IMG/VR virus record: IMGVR_UViG_3300008267_000030
Location: 8,150 to 72,149 of that record
Length of the DNA stretch: 64,000 bases
Source of the DNA: a virus
Direction: 5' to 3' (one strand)
Part shown: in pieces, positions 1 to 9,580 of the stretch
Layout: every line of letters starts with the position of its first letter
How positions within the stretch are numbered: position 1 is the stretch's first letter
Made by a program: the position numbers and the translations under genes
The notes under the pieces: generated by a model
Database searches by the model: none
What the model was told of the DNA's origin: nothing
Seen by the model: the letters and a program-made list of their open reading frames with translations, nothing else

Positions 1-876
1 GACTTCTTCAATAAAGATGGAGTCAAACAGAAATTTGCCGAACTACTTGGCAAGCGTTCCACCGGATTCATGACTGCCGTGCTGCAGGTTGTTGCTATGA
101 GCGACAAACTCGCCCAGGCGGAGCCGGAATCTGTCTTCAATGCCGCTGCTACTGCGGCCACACTTGACCTGTCTGTCAATCCAAATCTTGGGCAGGCATA
201 CATCATCCCCTACAATGTAAAGCGCAAGAATCCGGTTACCGGACGAGACGAGTGGGCAACTATGGCGCAACTGCAGATTGGGTACAAGGCATTCATTCAG
301 TTCGCTCAGCGCACCGGCTTGTTTCAGACCATATCCGCTGCTCCGGTTTATGAGGGGCAGTTATCTGAGAACAACCCGCTCACCGGACCGGTGTTTGACT
401 GGACGAAAAAAGAGTCCGATAAGATTGTTGGTTTTGTGGCATACTTCAAACTGCTGAATGGCTTTGAGAAGTATCTCTACATGACTGCAGAGGAAATGCA
501 GGCGCACGGCAGCAAGTATTCCAAGACTTTCTCTTATGGCGATTCGCTTTGGAAAAAGGACTTTATCGGCATGGGCAACAAGACAGTCATCAAACTCCTG
601 CTGAGTAAGTACGCTCCACTGAGCGTAGAAATGCAGGTGCATCAGGCAATCAAGTTTGACCAGGCTGTTGTTACAGACCTTGAACACGAAGAGGTTTTGT
701 ATCCGGATAACCCTACCACCGATGCCGTCGTTGTTGACCAGGAGAGCGAACGCTTCCTCGCTCTTATAAAGGCCGCTAAATCGCCGATTGAACTCGCAGC
801 ATACGAGAGTACGCTTGCCGACTATCCGGAGCATCAGGAAGCGTTTAACGCACTAAAATCATCTTTTAATTCTTAA
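1..876 (+). CDS. recT: RecT-family single-strand annealing protein (5' end lies before the window)
   Basis: Frame is open from base 1 (DFFNKDGVKQKFAELLG...). RecT motifs: LDLSVNPNLGQAYIIPY, QLQIGYKAFIQFAQRTG, W..DF..M..KTVIKLLLSKYAPLS. Confidence 0.9.
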   Translation, partial: DFFNKDGVKQKFAELLGKRSTGFMTAVLQVVAMSDKLAQAEPESVFNAAATAATLDLSVNPNLGQAYIIPYNVKRKNPVTGRDEWATMAQLQIGYKAFIQFAQRTGLFQTISAAPVYEGQLSENNPLTGPVFDWTKKESDKIVGFVAYFKLLNGFEKYLYMTAEEMQAHGSKYSKTFSYGDSLWKKDFIGMGNKTVIKLLLSKYAPLSVEMQVHQAIKFDQAVVTDLEHEEVLYPDNPTTDAVVVDQESERFLALIKAAKSPIELAAYESTLADYPEHQEAFNALKSSFNS

Positions 877-888
877 TCTATAATCTCT

Positions 889-1887
889 ATGAACAAACCC
901 GTTTTATTCCGCTGCTCAGGACTGAGCAAACTTATGACTCAACCTCAGACCAAGTCTCCGAGGGAGAAGTATGACGAGGCCGTTGCCTCACTTAATGAGA
1001 CCTCTGCAAAGTATGAGGGGACTGCCAACAAGGCCACGGCAACTGCCGCCAAGATGCTTGAGAAGATTGCCAAACTCGAAGTCCAGATAAAGGAACTCGA
1101 AGGCCGCAAGGACGAGATTCATCTGTCTGTAACCGCTAAGACCTACATCAACCAGATGATAAGGCAGTTGAAGTGGGAGCGCAGGGAGTCGGTCAGCAAC
1201 AAGTACACTCAGAAAGGCAACGAGGCCGAGGGCGATAGCACCACCTTGTTTACTCTGCAGTTGGGCATGGGCATGATCTACAAGAATCAGAACCGCCTCA
1301 ACAACGATTGGATTACCGGAGAGCCAGACCTTGCCACCAAGTCCGGCGATATTCTGCCGTATGACATCAAGTCTTCATGGGATTGGTCAACCTTCCCGTA
1401 TCCGGATATGGAACTTGACAACTCATACTATTGGCAGAACATGGGCTATATGGCATTGACCGGAGCCAAGTCCTGGACTACTGCCTACTGCCTTGTGAAC
1501 ACTCCTGCTGAGTTGATAGAGCGTGAGCGAAATAGCATCTGGTATCGCATGGGATGCCCCGACAAAGCGTCGGAAGAGTGGCTGGAGCAGGCCATCATCC
1601 ATGAGCGCAATAGCATCTACGATATGGAAGCGTTTCAGCGCAGGCTTGCCATTACCAACTATCCGTATGAGTGGTCGTGTAACCCCCAGGAATGGGCGCA
1701 CGATGTACCGGCTGCTGAGCGCATCATGCTCTTCAAGACAGACCGGGACGAGGAAGCGATTGCCGACATCTACGCTCAAGTCGAAAAGGCAAGGCAGTAC
1801 ATTGCCCTCAAAGACAAGGGCGGCAACGCAGGTAAGGAAGATGTGTTTGCAACGCTTGGTCAAATCTTGAACCCACTAATGCCTTGA
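889..1887 (+). CDS. YqaJ/lambda-exonuclease-like PD-(D/E)xK nuclease, probable RecT partner
   Basis: FRCSGL start, KGNEAE, WITGEPDL...YDIKSSWD, YYWQNMGYMALTG; adjacent to recT. Confidence 0.8.
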   Translation: MNKPVLFRCSGLSKLMTQPQTKSPREKYDEAVASLNETSAKYEGTANKATATAAKMLEKIAKLEVQIKELEGRKDEIHLSVTAKTYINQMIRQLKWERRESVSNKYTQKGNEAEGDSTTLFTLQLGMGMIYKNQNRLNNDWITGEPDLATKSGDILPYDIKSSWDWSTFPYPDMELDNSYYWQNMGYMALTGAKSWTTAYCLVNTPAELIERERNSIWYRMGCPDKASEEWLEQAIIHERNSIYDMEAFQRRLAITNYPYEWSCNPQEWAHDVPAAERIMLFKTDRDEEAIADIYAQVEKARQYIALKDKGGNAGKEDVFATLGQILNPLMP

Positions 1888-2162
1888 TACGCATTTTCTC
1901 AGACGAGACGATTGAGTCCATCCACCGCAAGGGGATGGACCAATTGCGCTCGGAACTATCCATCCACACCCAGCAAACCATCTGTCAGCAGATGGGTTGG
2001 AAGAAGAATCGTTATCGTTTATTTTTCGCAGGCAAAATTGATAACCAAGTCAGAGCCATAGAAATAACCAAGTTGAGACTTTTGATTAGGTTTAACCAAT
2101 CTGCCCTGCCTGGTGTTAAGGATGTATATTTATACCGAATGTTAGGAAAACAATCTAAATAA
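1884..2162 (+). CDS. hypothetical protein (possible small DNA-binding protein)
   Basis: TTG start overlaps the upstream stop; fills the operon; basic. Confidence 0.5.
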   Translation: MIRIFSDETIESIHRKGMDQLRSELSIHTQQTICQQMGWKKNRYRLFFAGKIDNQVRAIEITKLRLLIRFNQSALPGVKDVYLYRMLGKQSK

Positions 2163-2164
2163 TT

Positions 2165-2464
2165 ATGGCAAGAACAATAACAGACAGAGACCTTGAGTTT
2201 GCGTTTGAGTTTGAAGGCGAAAATTACGGGGCAAAAGTTGATGTCGTGTACAAGTACATGGGTAAGTCCGGAATAGGCTCCTATGAATATTGGGGCGAAA
2301 AAGGATATGATGTGGGAGAGGATTTGTATGAGGGCAACCATGTAGCGATTACTGAGGTAGAAGACCAGTACGGGAATCTAATTCCGGTTTCTAAGTTGTC
2401 TCAGTCAATGATTGAGTACATTTGCGAATTGGCATACGAGTACAGCGAATGCCCTGTTGATTGA
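2165..2464 (+). CDS. acidic hypothetical phage protein
   Basis: ATG 2 nt after the upstream stop; tight packing. Confidence 0.65.
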   Translation: MARTITDRDLEFAFEFEGENYGAKVDVVYKYMGKSGIGSYEYWGEKGYDVGEDLYEGNHVAITEVEDQYGNLIPVSKLSQSMIEYICELAYEYSECPVD

Positions 2465-2841
2465 TGCTAAAGCCAAAAGACATGATTCAGTTTCGCAGCC
2501 TTCTTGCCCCAGGCAAGGAGTACGAACTGCTGATGTTTATTGCCCGTGCCTGGAGGCCATCCGGATCGGGCGAGGTTGTGGTCAGGAGCGTTGGTCAGGC
2601 AATGAGTATTGTGCTTGAACTTTCAGACCTTGACCAGAACGCATGGCTTTTAAGGTCGCTGCAGGATACTACGCTGCAGGCTTTTATACACGCTCAGAAA
2701 CCTTCATATATTCGCTTTGTCATTCCGCTCGAAAAGGCAGGATGGATAAAGCACAAGGTATATGATAAAGTAATTTCAAAGGATTGGGAATGGCTTACAA
2801 TATCTGATAGGAATGTTTACCGCCGTCATAAGTCATCCTGA
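2461..2841 (+). CDS. hypothetical protein
   Basis: Overlaps the upstream stop; last + strand gene before the terminator. Confidence 0.6.
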   Translation: MMLKPKDMIQFRSLLAPGKEYELLMFIARAWRPSGSGEVVVRSVGQAMSIVLELSDLDQNAWLLRSLQDTTLQAFIHAQKPSYIRFVIPLEKAGWIKHKVYDKVISKDWEWLTISDRNVYRRHKSS

Positions 2842-2890
2842 TGCAAACACCTTGTTTTAGTGTTTAATTGGTTAGTTAGCAAAAATAAAG

Positions 2891-2915
2891 AACCCGGGTT
2901 TTGCCCGGGTTTTTT
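2891..2915. terminator. intrinsic terminator between convergent gene blocks
   Basis: AACCCGGG-TTTTG-CCCGGGTT followed by a T run; A-rich on the left side. Confidence 0.85.
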
Positions 2916-2916
2916 G

Positions 2917-3285
2917 CTATTTGAAGAATCCTTTTATGTTTTCCCATATTCGGTCAAGATGCCCCAACTTTCTTAGTTGCTCGACATCTACAACCAGGTC
3001 TTCTCCATCTGTCTTCTCTTTTTCTTTCTCCTTTTCGGCCATTGCCTCCTTTTTACGGACATAATTTATGCGTCTATAAAGAAGGTACATGGAACCGATT
3101 TGCCAGACCATTGTCCAGAAGAAATCAATCCAGTTGTATATCTCCCATCCGTTGAAATACTTGTAGGTTCCATCTTGAACCCAATTCCAAAAATTATAGG
3201 CAGAAACTACCCAGACGAATATGTCTTGAAAATTCTCGATCACTCTTTGTTTAATAATCAATATGTTTTCCGCCTGGGTTTGCAT
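2917..3285 (-). CDS. membrane protein, holin-like candidate
   Basis: Two aromatic/hydrophobic segments and a highly charged C-terminus; last gene of the structural block. Confidence 0.45.
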   Translation of the reverse strand: MQTQAENILIIKQRVIENFQDIFVWVVSAYNFWNWVQDGTYKYFNGWEIYNWIDFFWTMVWQIGSMYLLYRRINYVRKKEAMAEKEKEKEKTDGEDLVVDVEQLRKLGHLDRIWENIKGFFK

Positions 3286-3291
3286 ACCAAT

Positions 3292-3729
3292 TTAATCTTG
3301 GGTGTAAACCGGAGAAAGAACATCTGAAACATCTTCCCACTGCCAGTAAGGTTGAGCCAAAGCCGGAAGTGTAGCAAGCAGACTCTTGTAGGGAAGCGTA
3401 GTGTCAAACGAAATTTCTACAGATGTTTTCTGCAGGTCTTTCACTTCCTTAATCATAGCCAGCGTTCCGTCTGCATCAAATTCGTACTGACCTTTTTCGT
3501 TCCGGATAATTTTGTTAGAAGCCGAGTCTTTTAGACAATGCTTAATCCGAATAGTTTCAATTGCCTCTTCGTATTCTTCAAGGGCTTTGTTGATTTTCTT
3601 AGACACCCTGGCAAGTAATACCCTTGGTGCTACATTTTCATTGTCCTCGTTGTACGGGGCGCTTGTGATTTGCTGAACCTTTGCCTGGAACTCAAGCAAT
3701 TCACGATAGGTTTTTTCCACTTTTTGCAT
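3292..3729 (-). CDS. hypothetical phage protein following the tail fibre genes
   Basis: Well-packed ORF with a helical, charged sequence. Confidence 0.65.
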   Translation of the reverse strand: MQKVEKTYRELLEFQAKVQQITSAPYNEDNENVAPRVLLARVSKKINKALEEYEEAIETIRIKHCLKDSASNKIIRNEKGQYEFDADGTLAMIKEVKDLQKTSVEISFDTTLPYKSLLATLPALAQPYWQWEDVSDVLSPVYTQD

Positions 3730-3739
3730 ATATTAAAAT

Positions 3740-4147
3740 TTAGATTGTATGCTTAGAATTAGAGATCAGGCTTTCCCATGTGGCTTTCTTCCAGTTCTGC
3801 ATACCAACAAGTCTTGCGATACCTTGTGGCGGAGAAAGTTTTGTGCCATCAAAATGAGTTCTGCCAAGCATTTCAAACAGTTTATCCGTGTGATATTCCG
3901 GACTGCCGAAATATTGAAGCGTTACACGGGAATGTGGGCCGATGTCTCGCTTGTAATCATGAAGCGTAGGGCCAAAGAGCCATCCCGCAAAAGGATGATA
4001 CCGAAACACAACGGCGTTACTACGCTGAGCCAGGTCTGTAATTTCCCAAATTATGACGGCATCCGTGTATTCTCCATGCCAAAATTTATCCCAGGCATTT
4101 GCGGACTTTTTCAGTAAGACCGTAAGTTGTCCAGTTGGCTGCTCCAT
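3740..4147 (-). CDS. hypothetical protein (weak resemblance to a degenerate permuted NlpC/P60 fold)
   Basis: ORF with a TATATTTG promoter element just upstream; no catalytic His/Cys pair recognised. Confidence 0.55.
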   Translation of the reverse strand: MEQPTGQLTVLLKKSANAWDKFWHGEYTDAVIIWEITDLAQRSNAVVFRYHPFAGWLFGPTLHDYKRDIGPHSRVTLQYFGSPEYHTDKLFEMLGRTHFDGTKLSPPQGIARLVGMQNWKKATWESLISNSKHTI

Positions 4148-4154
4148 TGTGGCT

Positions 4155-4162
4155 CAAATATA
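4155..4162 (-). promoter_or_regulatory. Bacteroidota housekeeping sigma -7 element (TATATTTG)
   Basis: Matches TAnnTTTG, 7 nt upstream of the ATG at 4147. Confidence 0.55.
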
Positions 4163-4168
4163 TTTTTT

Positions 4169-4528
4169 TTAATTAAATTTTCCTTGAGTATCTGCCCAAA
4201 GAATCAATTCTTCAACCACATCGTCAATAATAATTGGCGTACCAAGCATACTCATGTAGTATTCGTACTGGGTCATTGCACGGTCCGGCGAATCACACGG
4301 GACAACCACGCCCTTGCTATCGACGCAGGTGTTATTGTCGGCAATCAACGGAACAGATTTTACCGGGATGAGGGTTATTTCTGTGCCGTCCTGGTAGTAG
4401 TGAATATCGCAGGTCAGTACGATCTGGTAGCCGTATGTTGCGTTAGCGCCGATTGAAATGCCGCCCATCCAAACCATTCTTTCAACGGTTGGATATAAGG
4501 GGTCGTTTGAAATTGGTACTGGATTCAT
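4169..4528 (-). CDS. putative tail fibre assembly/chaperone protein
   Basis: Small acidic gene directly downstream of the tail fibre. Confidence 0.45.
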   Translation of the reverse strand: MNPVPISNDPLYPTVERMVWMGGISIGANATYGYQIVLTCDIHYYQDGTEITLIPVKSVPLIADNNTCVDSKGVVVPCDSPDRAMTQYEYYMSMLGTPIIIDDVVEELILWADTQGKFN

Positions 4529-4540
4529 GTCTTATTATTT

Positions 4541-7500
4541 TTAACTTATTTGTAACCAAGCCGCTCCTGTGTTGTAGAACAATTTAGCAAGTGTAGTATC
4601 AAAAACTACAAGCCCGGCAGTGTTTGCAATGGCCGTTCTCTGGGCTGTAGTCATATTCGGGAACCTAACTCCCTTTGTAGTTGATACCACCTCAAGAGCC
4701 GCCGTTGCCGTTAATGTACTGGCCAGTGTCGCAGCAGAGTCAATCAAAATACCGCCATTAAACCCAGCCTTATCAGATTCTGCAAACACACTCCAAGGAG
4801 GATTAGCATAGGTCTGACCAGTTGTAACCGTAGCCCCTGTCCTTGGATTTGTTATTGACGCTGTTGTTGTTTGATTGTCAATATAAATCGCCGCTTTGGA
4901 TAGCATTGACCCGCCACCAACGCTTCTTCTTATTCTTAGCATTGTTGCTACCCCAGTAGCGAGGGAGTTGCCAGGGTAGAAGTTCCACAAAACCATTTGG
5001 TCATAATTCGTGAATCCGGTATTGTTACCCCCTGAGTTTAGATTATACTCATTAAAATGACCTATTAAACTGTTATACGTTTGGCCAACGTTGCTACCTT
5101 GAGAATTTACCAATTGTGCAGTTCCTATTCTTGCAGCAGTCATTGTGCTTCCAGCACCACTATTTGGAACCAAGCACTCAACTAATTCTCCAATATAGGG
5201 GTTTGTTGTAGTAATTCCGGCAATAGAAAAAGCCTGAGTAGCCAAACTTGACGTGTTGGCAGAATATCTTATGTACCCCGTTACTACAAGGTCTGTTGCC
5301 GCAGATGAAATAGTAAGCCCCGCACTTGGGGAAATATCTACAAAATACTTATAATGATTATTGGCTGAAGATCGAGCAACATTATCTGTTATAGAATGGT
5401 TGCCAAAATAAATCCCTCCAGGCAGCCCGACCGAAAATGTTGTGTGATAAATATTTCCTGTATTCGATGTTAAAAAAGAATTATTACTTGCAGTGTTTCT
5501 TGCAACTACAAAATTCCAGTTATTCCCAAGCGTACCTGACCCGATCATTGATGTGTTCCAGTCAGCCCAAACACCAATCCTATTTGCAGGAGTCGATGAC
5601 GTGCCACTTAACGTAATCCCCACACCAAGTTGTACTTGCGTCCCAGTGTCTGTGTTTGTTATTTGAGCCTGGGTAGTATTGGTAGTTGTGTTTGCCCAAG
5701 AAACAGTTTGTCGAGTCGTAAAAGTTTGCGCCAAATTTAGCACCGCAAAAGATGTGTTTGCTGTAAGCGTCGGGATGGTTAATATATAACTCCCGGCAGT
5801 AGCCCCTCCCGCAATTGTTGTTGTCTGAGTATTTCCAGCATTTCTAAGCAGAAGCGTACTACTATTAAATGTTTGTGCTGCCGTCCAAGTTTGAGCCAGA
5901 GAGAGCATTGCAAGCGTTCCGGTAGCGTCTGGTAGCGTTGCTGTTCTTGCTGCCGAGGCTGCAGTAGCCATAGTCGTACTTGCTGTAGCGCCAGCATTTC
6001 TTATGGCCAAGGAGCCTACCGCAAATGTTTTAACACCTATGTTTAATTGATTAGACGCAAGCACCATATCTCCCGATCCGGCAACGGTTTGCCAAGTACC
6101 ATCAGCACGAAGGAACTTGCCAACATCTGTAACAAGAACTGGGGCTGGGACAAGGCCCTTTGCTGTGGCAACTGCCGAGGTCCCTTCAAAAACATCCAAA
6201 ATTGCTGTAACATCTGTTGGCGTAGACCAAGACGGCTGCTGCGTTACCCCTGTTGCGTTAGCCAAAATAACTGGCCCCGTAACAGCGGCAAAGTTGTTTG
6301 TAACATCAGCATCTATATTGACAGGAGTCCAAACTGTACCGCCTCCCGAAACAGTTACTTGTCCATAGGTTCCGTCAACTACGCTTCCCGCAGCCGCCCA
6401 GGCCAGTTGTCCACTTCCATTAGTTGACAACACCTCCCCAGATGAACCATCGGTAAGCGGCAAAATATAAGTTTCGCTTGAAGTTGCCCCTGCGCTGGCT
6501 TGGATGGCAGTAGTAAAATTACCGCCACTGCTGTAAAGCAATAATTTTCCGGTCTTTGAACTTGCCTGTCCAAGGGCTAACTGTGAGACAGTTGATGTTG
6601 CGGTAAATCTACCCCATTCGCTAACGGTGGTCCCTCCAGCAACAGCGCCCCTAAATGTTAGGTATGTACCCGTTGCTGTATTTGTCCACGCTTCAGAAGC
6701 GTAGATATAGAATCCGCCAACCGTGTCGCTCCAGGCAGAGGTTTTATAGCCCCTTGCGCTAAGAGATGTAATTCTATCGTTTGCTAAAAGGGCTGAAGGA
6801 GTGTTTTTATTTCCTCTGCCTCTTGCCCCAATAAATTTGGCTTGGTTATCTGCATTGCTATCAAAGTGCATATTCATTATGCCCTTGATGTTTGCGCTGC
6901 CAGATGTAACTACATGAAGGCCAGACTCAGGTACGGCAGTGCCGATGCCAAGAAACTTATTTGTGTTGTCGTAAAAGAAATCTCCGTTCTCCTGCTCCAA
7001 AATACCACCAATTCCAGCAAACAAAACGCTACCTTGAGTGGCGCCGGTAATAGGGTCTCCTATTGCAATTCCGCCGGTTGCTCCCGCCCATTCTAAAGCA
7101 GTGCCGCCAGCATTTACTCGTAAATATTTATTAGCATTACCTGCCGCAGTTAGAGAGGTCAGCGTTCCTAAACTGTCGCTACTGTACCATATTGTCCCAG
7201 GGTCAGGAGCGCCTATGTCAATTTTTGTGCCGCTGCTTAAAGTTTTATCTTTAAGCGACTGAGCAAAATCTTCTCCAACAAATGTGTCATTTGCGGTTAT
7301 AGCAGGGATCGCCCATGTTAGTGCGCCGCCAGTTACGTTTGGTACTGATATATAAACTCCGTTGTTTGGATTATTTGCATCATCTACAATTCCAAATGTG
7401 CCTGTTGTTACAAATGTATTACTACCATTATCGGTAGCCATATTATTTAGCCCACCAAAAGCACCGCCATCATTCCATTGTATTTGCAAATCATTACCTC

Positions 7501-9571
7501 CTGGTAGTGTAGTGCCGCCAACTCCTAATTGCCAGGTATTGTTTGCTGCCAAAAAGTAATCTTGCTTTGTTTTGCCTGCCGCAGGAGTAAAACTGGACGC
7601 AGGAACAACGCCTTTGGTAAGACCAGTAATGGAGTCTTGCAATGGGAGCATTGCTACAACATTTTCGGGAGTTAATGCTGCCGGTATGGCTGCACCAACC
7701 GCATTGTTGCCCAGGATTGTATTGGTAGCAATTGTTTGGATTTTGCCAAGCGTAACTTTGTTGGCTCCAATTAAAAACTCCGGAAATGGTGTCCCGGTTG
7801 TGTTAATCGAATAGGTTAAATCTCCGCCGACTTCACCCCAAATCAATTTAATATCAAGTGGAGCAGTTGTTCCTACATACGGAGTAAGTAGGTAGCCTTT
7901 GGTTGCATAGTCAACAGGAAGCGGAAGTCTTTCAAGTACGTTAGCCCCACTTGATGTAAGCAGGTCTCCGGCATCTACAAGAGATGGCGGATTTGGAACA
8001 AGTAATCCTATTTCGCCGCTTGTTGAATTATAGTTGAACGCAAGTGGATCAAGCGTCATTTGCTGCATTGGCCCTTGTCCTGAAGAAAATCTTCCAAGCA
8101 GTATCGGCCTGATCGCATTTGATGGGCTGTCTGGAACATCGGCAAATTTTGCGTAAGTAACAGCCTTGTTCGCTATCGTAAAAGTAGCAGTGTTTATGCC
8201 AGAGGGTTCGCTGTAAACAGCGGTTAAATCTCCAGCCACCTTGGATTGTGCGGCTACCCCACTACCATTTCCCATGTAAATCAGGGAAGTGTTTAGGCCA
8301 GCGCTCAACTTAGAATTTAGCGCAGAGGGTAGGTTATCAATATTTGCCTGCGGTATGCCCGTAGGAATGTCTGCGGCAACCAACGCTCTAAATCCCGGAG
8401 CAGTCGCTGAACCACTTTGGGGGCCTGCCCATACAGTGTTTGGATTTTGATTGCCAAGGCCAAGACCAATTTCAACATCTGCAGGAGTGCCGCCATTGAT
8501 TGCGGTAAATACACCACCTCCAGGGACATCAAATGTAACAGTGTTTACTTGACCTCCACTTGAAGATGATACATTTGAAATGTTGGTAACCCGACCATAG
8601 GCATCTACGGTAATAACTGGTATGGTGATGTTACTACCAAATGTACCAGTTGGAGTGCCGGAAGTAGGCAAGTCTGCCGCAATTAAGGCTCTGAAATCGG
8701 GCTGGCCCGTTCCACCGCCAATTGGACCGGCAAATACGCTGTTCTGAGCCTGTGATTTGAATGTTGCGCTCAAAGGAGCGGCCCCAGAAAGGTACGGCCC
8801 TGCTGTGTAGTTAAATACGTTTGATGGCATCGAAAACGATACGCTACTTATCGTGCCTACACCAGACGATACAGTTAGAAGATTGGCGTTTAATTTTTGA
8901 ATTGCAGAAACAATCGTGTCCGCAGAAGTAATACTACCAGCAGGACCAAGAGGGTCAAAACTGGTTAATTGCTGGGTGATGACGGCGTTGTTGCTCAAGC
9001 CAGGATTCGGGTAGAACCCAGTAAGGCCACCGCCTGCAGCAGTTGAAGAAAGACTTGCGGAAGTGAGATAGGTGGTATTGTCATAGGTAATGCTTGTGCC
9101 ATTTGCCCGTACAAGACCAACCCCATTTAATTGCTGTTGTTTTTGATCAAAAAGAGCAGCAAACTCAATGTTTTGCGTGTAACTGCCCTGTAAATTACCC
9201 CAGGTTATGTCCGATAAGCCCGCCTTGGCAAACAGAGTTGTTTTTTCTTGAGTTGTCAGGTGCAAATAATTCCCCTGGTCAAGTCCGTCAAGGTCGTTAT
9301 GTATGCCAGCATACTTCTGCAGGTTTTCATAGGTTACTGTCAGCGGAAAGTATGGCGGCAATGCCTTTTCAAGCAAATCACCAATATTTATAAGCGCCGT
9401 AAGCGCCGTAAGCCTGGTTGTGCTTGACAAGTTTAAATCATTAGCCGTGCTTTTAAGGGCCGACATAAGATTTGCCTTGTCAACATTTTCCTGTTGAACC
9501 GCCTCAGTAATTGCCAGAGACGCTTTGGCATTGTATATTGATAATTGGTCAAGAAATGTAAGTGTAGGCAT
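4541..9571 (-). CDS. long tail fibre / receptor-binding protein (1676 aa)
   Basis: G/T/S/A-rich. Repeated modules (V[FW]AGP..G....P.FRAL.AAD[LI]P twice; IPVITVDAYGRVT; AVTYAKF/KVTLGKI). C-terminal STTKG..FP.MTTAQR.AI...GLVVFDT domain of the kind seen in Bacteroidota phage fibres. Confidence 0.85.
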   Translation of the reverse strand: MPTLTFLDQLSIYNAKASLAITEAVQQENVDKANLMSALKSTANDLNLSSTTRLTALTALINIGDLLEKALPPYFPLTVTYENLQKYAGIHNDLDGLDQGNYLHLTTQEKTTLFAKAGLSDITWGNLQGSYTQNIEFAALFDQKQQQLNGVGLVRANGTSITYDNTTYLTSASLSSTAAGGGLTGFYPNPGLSNNAVITQQLTSFDPLGPAGSITSADTIVSAIQKLNANLLTVSSGVGTISSVSFSMPSNVFNYTAGPYLSGAAPLSATFKSQAQNSVFAGPIGGGTGQPDFRALIAADLPTSGTPTGTFGSNITIPVITVDAYGRVTNISNVSSSSGGQVNTVTFDVPGGGVFTAINGGTPADVEIGLGLGNQNPNTVWAGPQSGSATAPGFRALVAADIPTGIPQANIDNLPSALNSKLSAGLNTSLIYMGNGSGVAAQSKVAGDLTAVYSEPSGINTATFTIANKAVTYAKFADVPDSPSNAIRPILLGRFSSGQGPMQQMTLDPLAFNYNSTSGEIGLLVPNPPSLVDAGDLLTSSGANVLERLPLPVDYATKGYLLTPYVGTTAPLDIKLIWGEVGGDLTYSINTTGTPFPEFLIGANKVTLGKIQTIATNTILGNNAVGAAIPAALTPENVVAMLPLQDSITGLTKGVVPASSFTPAAGKTKQDYFLAANNTWQLGVGGTTLPGGNDLQIQWNDGGAFGGLNNMATDNGSNTFVTTGTFGIVDDANNPNNGVYISVPNVTGGALTWAIPAITANDTFVGEDFAQSLKDKTLSSGTKIDIGAPDPGTIWYSSDSLGTLTSLTAAGNANKYLRVNAGGTALEWAGATGGIAIGDPITGATQGSVLFAGIGGILEQENGDFFYDNTNKFLGIGTAVPESGLHVVTSGSANIKGIMNMHFDSNADNQAKFIGARGRGNKNTPSALLANDRITSLSARGYKTSAWSDTVGGFYIYASEAWTNTATGTYLTFRGAVAGGTTVSEWGRFTATSTVSQLALGQASSKTGKLLLYSSGGNFTTAIQASAGATSSETYILPLTDGSSGEVLSTNGSGQLAWAAAGSVVDGTYGQVTVSGGGTVWTPVNIDADVTNNFAAVTGPVILANATGVTQQPSWSTPTDVTAILDVFEGTSAVATAKGLVPAPVLVTDVGKFLRADGTWQTVAGSGDMVLASNQLNIGVKTFAVGSLAIRNAGATASTTMATAASAARTATLPDATGTLAMLSLAQTWTAAQTFNSSTLLLRNAGNTQTTTIAGGATAGSYILTIPTLTANTSFAVLNLAQTFTTRQTVSWANTTTNTTQAQITNTDTGTQVQLGVGITLSGTSSTPANRIGVWADWNTSMIGSGTLGNNWNFVVARNTASNNSFLTSNTGNIYHTTFSVGLPGGIYFGNHSITDNVARSSANNHYKYFVDISPSAGLTISSAATDLVVTGYIRYSANTSSLATQAFSIAGITTTNPYIGELVECLVPNSGAGSTMTAARIGTAQLVNSQGSNVGQTYNSLIGHFNEYNLNSGGNNTGFTNYDQMVLWNFYPGNSLATGVATMLRIRRSVGGGSMLSKAAIYIDNQTTTASITNPRTGATVTTGQTYANPPWSVFAESDKAGFNGGILIDSAATLASTLTATAALEVVSTTKGVRFPNMTTAQRTAIANTAGLVVFDTTLAKLFYNTGAAWLQIS

Positions 9572-9580
9572 ATCCTTTAT

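Noticed and set aside
889-1887. Cas4/CRISPR association of the nuclease
   Set aside because: There is no array or cas gene and no clear four-Cys Fe-S pattern; adjacency to recT explains it as a Red-like exonuclease.
9391-9414. Tandem 9-bp repeat TAAGCGCCG
   Set aside because: It simply encodes LTALTAL in the fibre N-terminus; too short to imply function.
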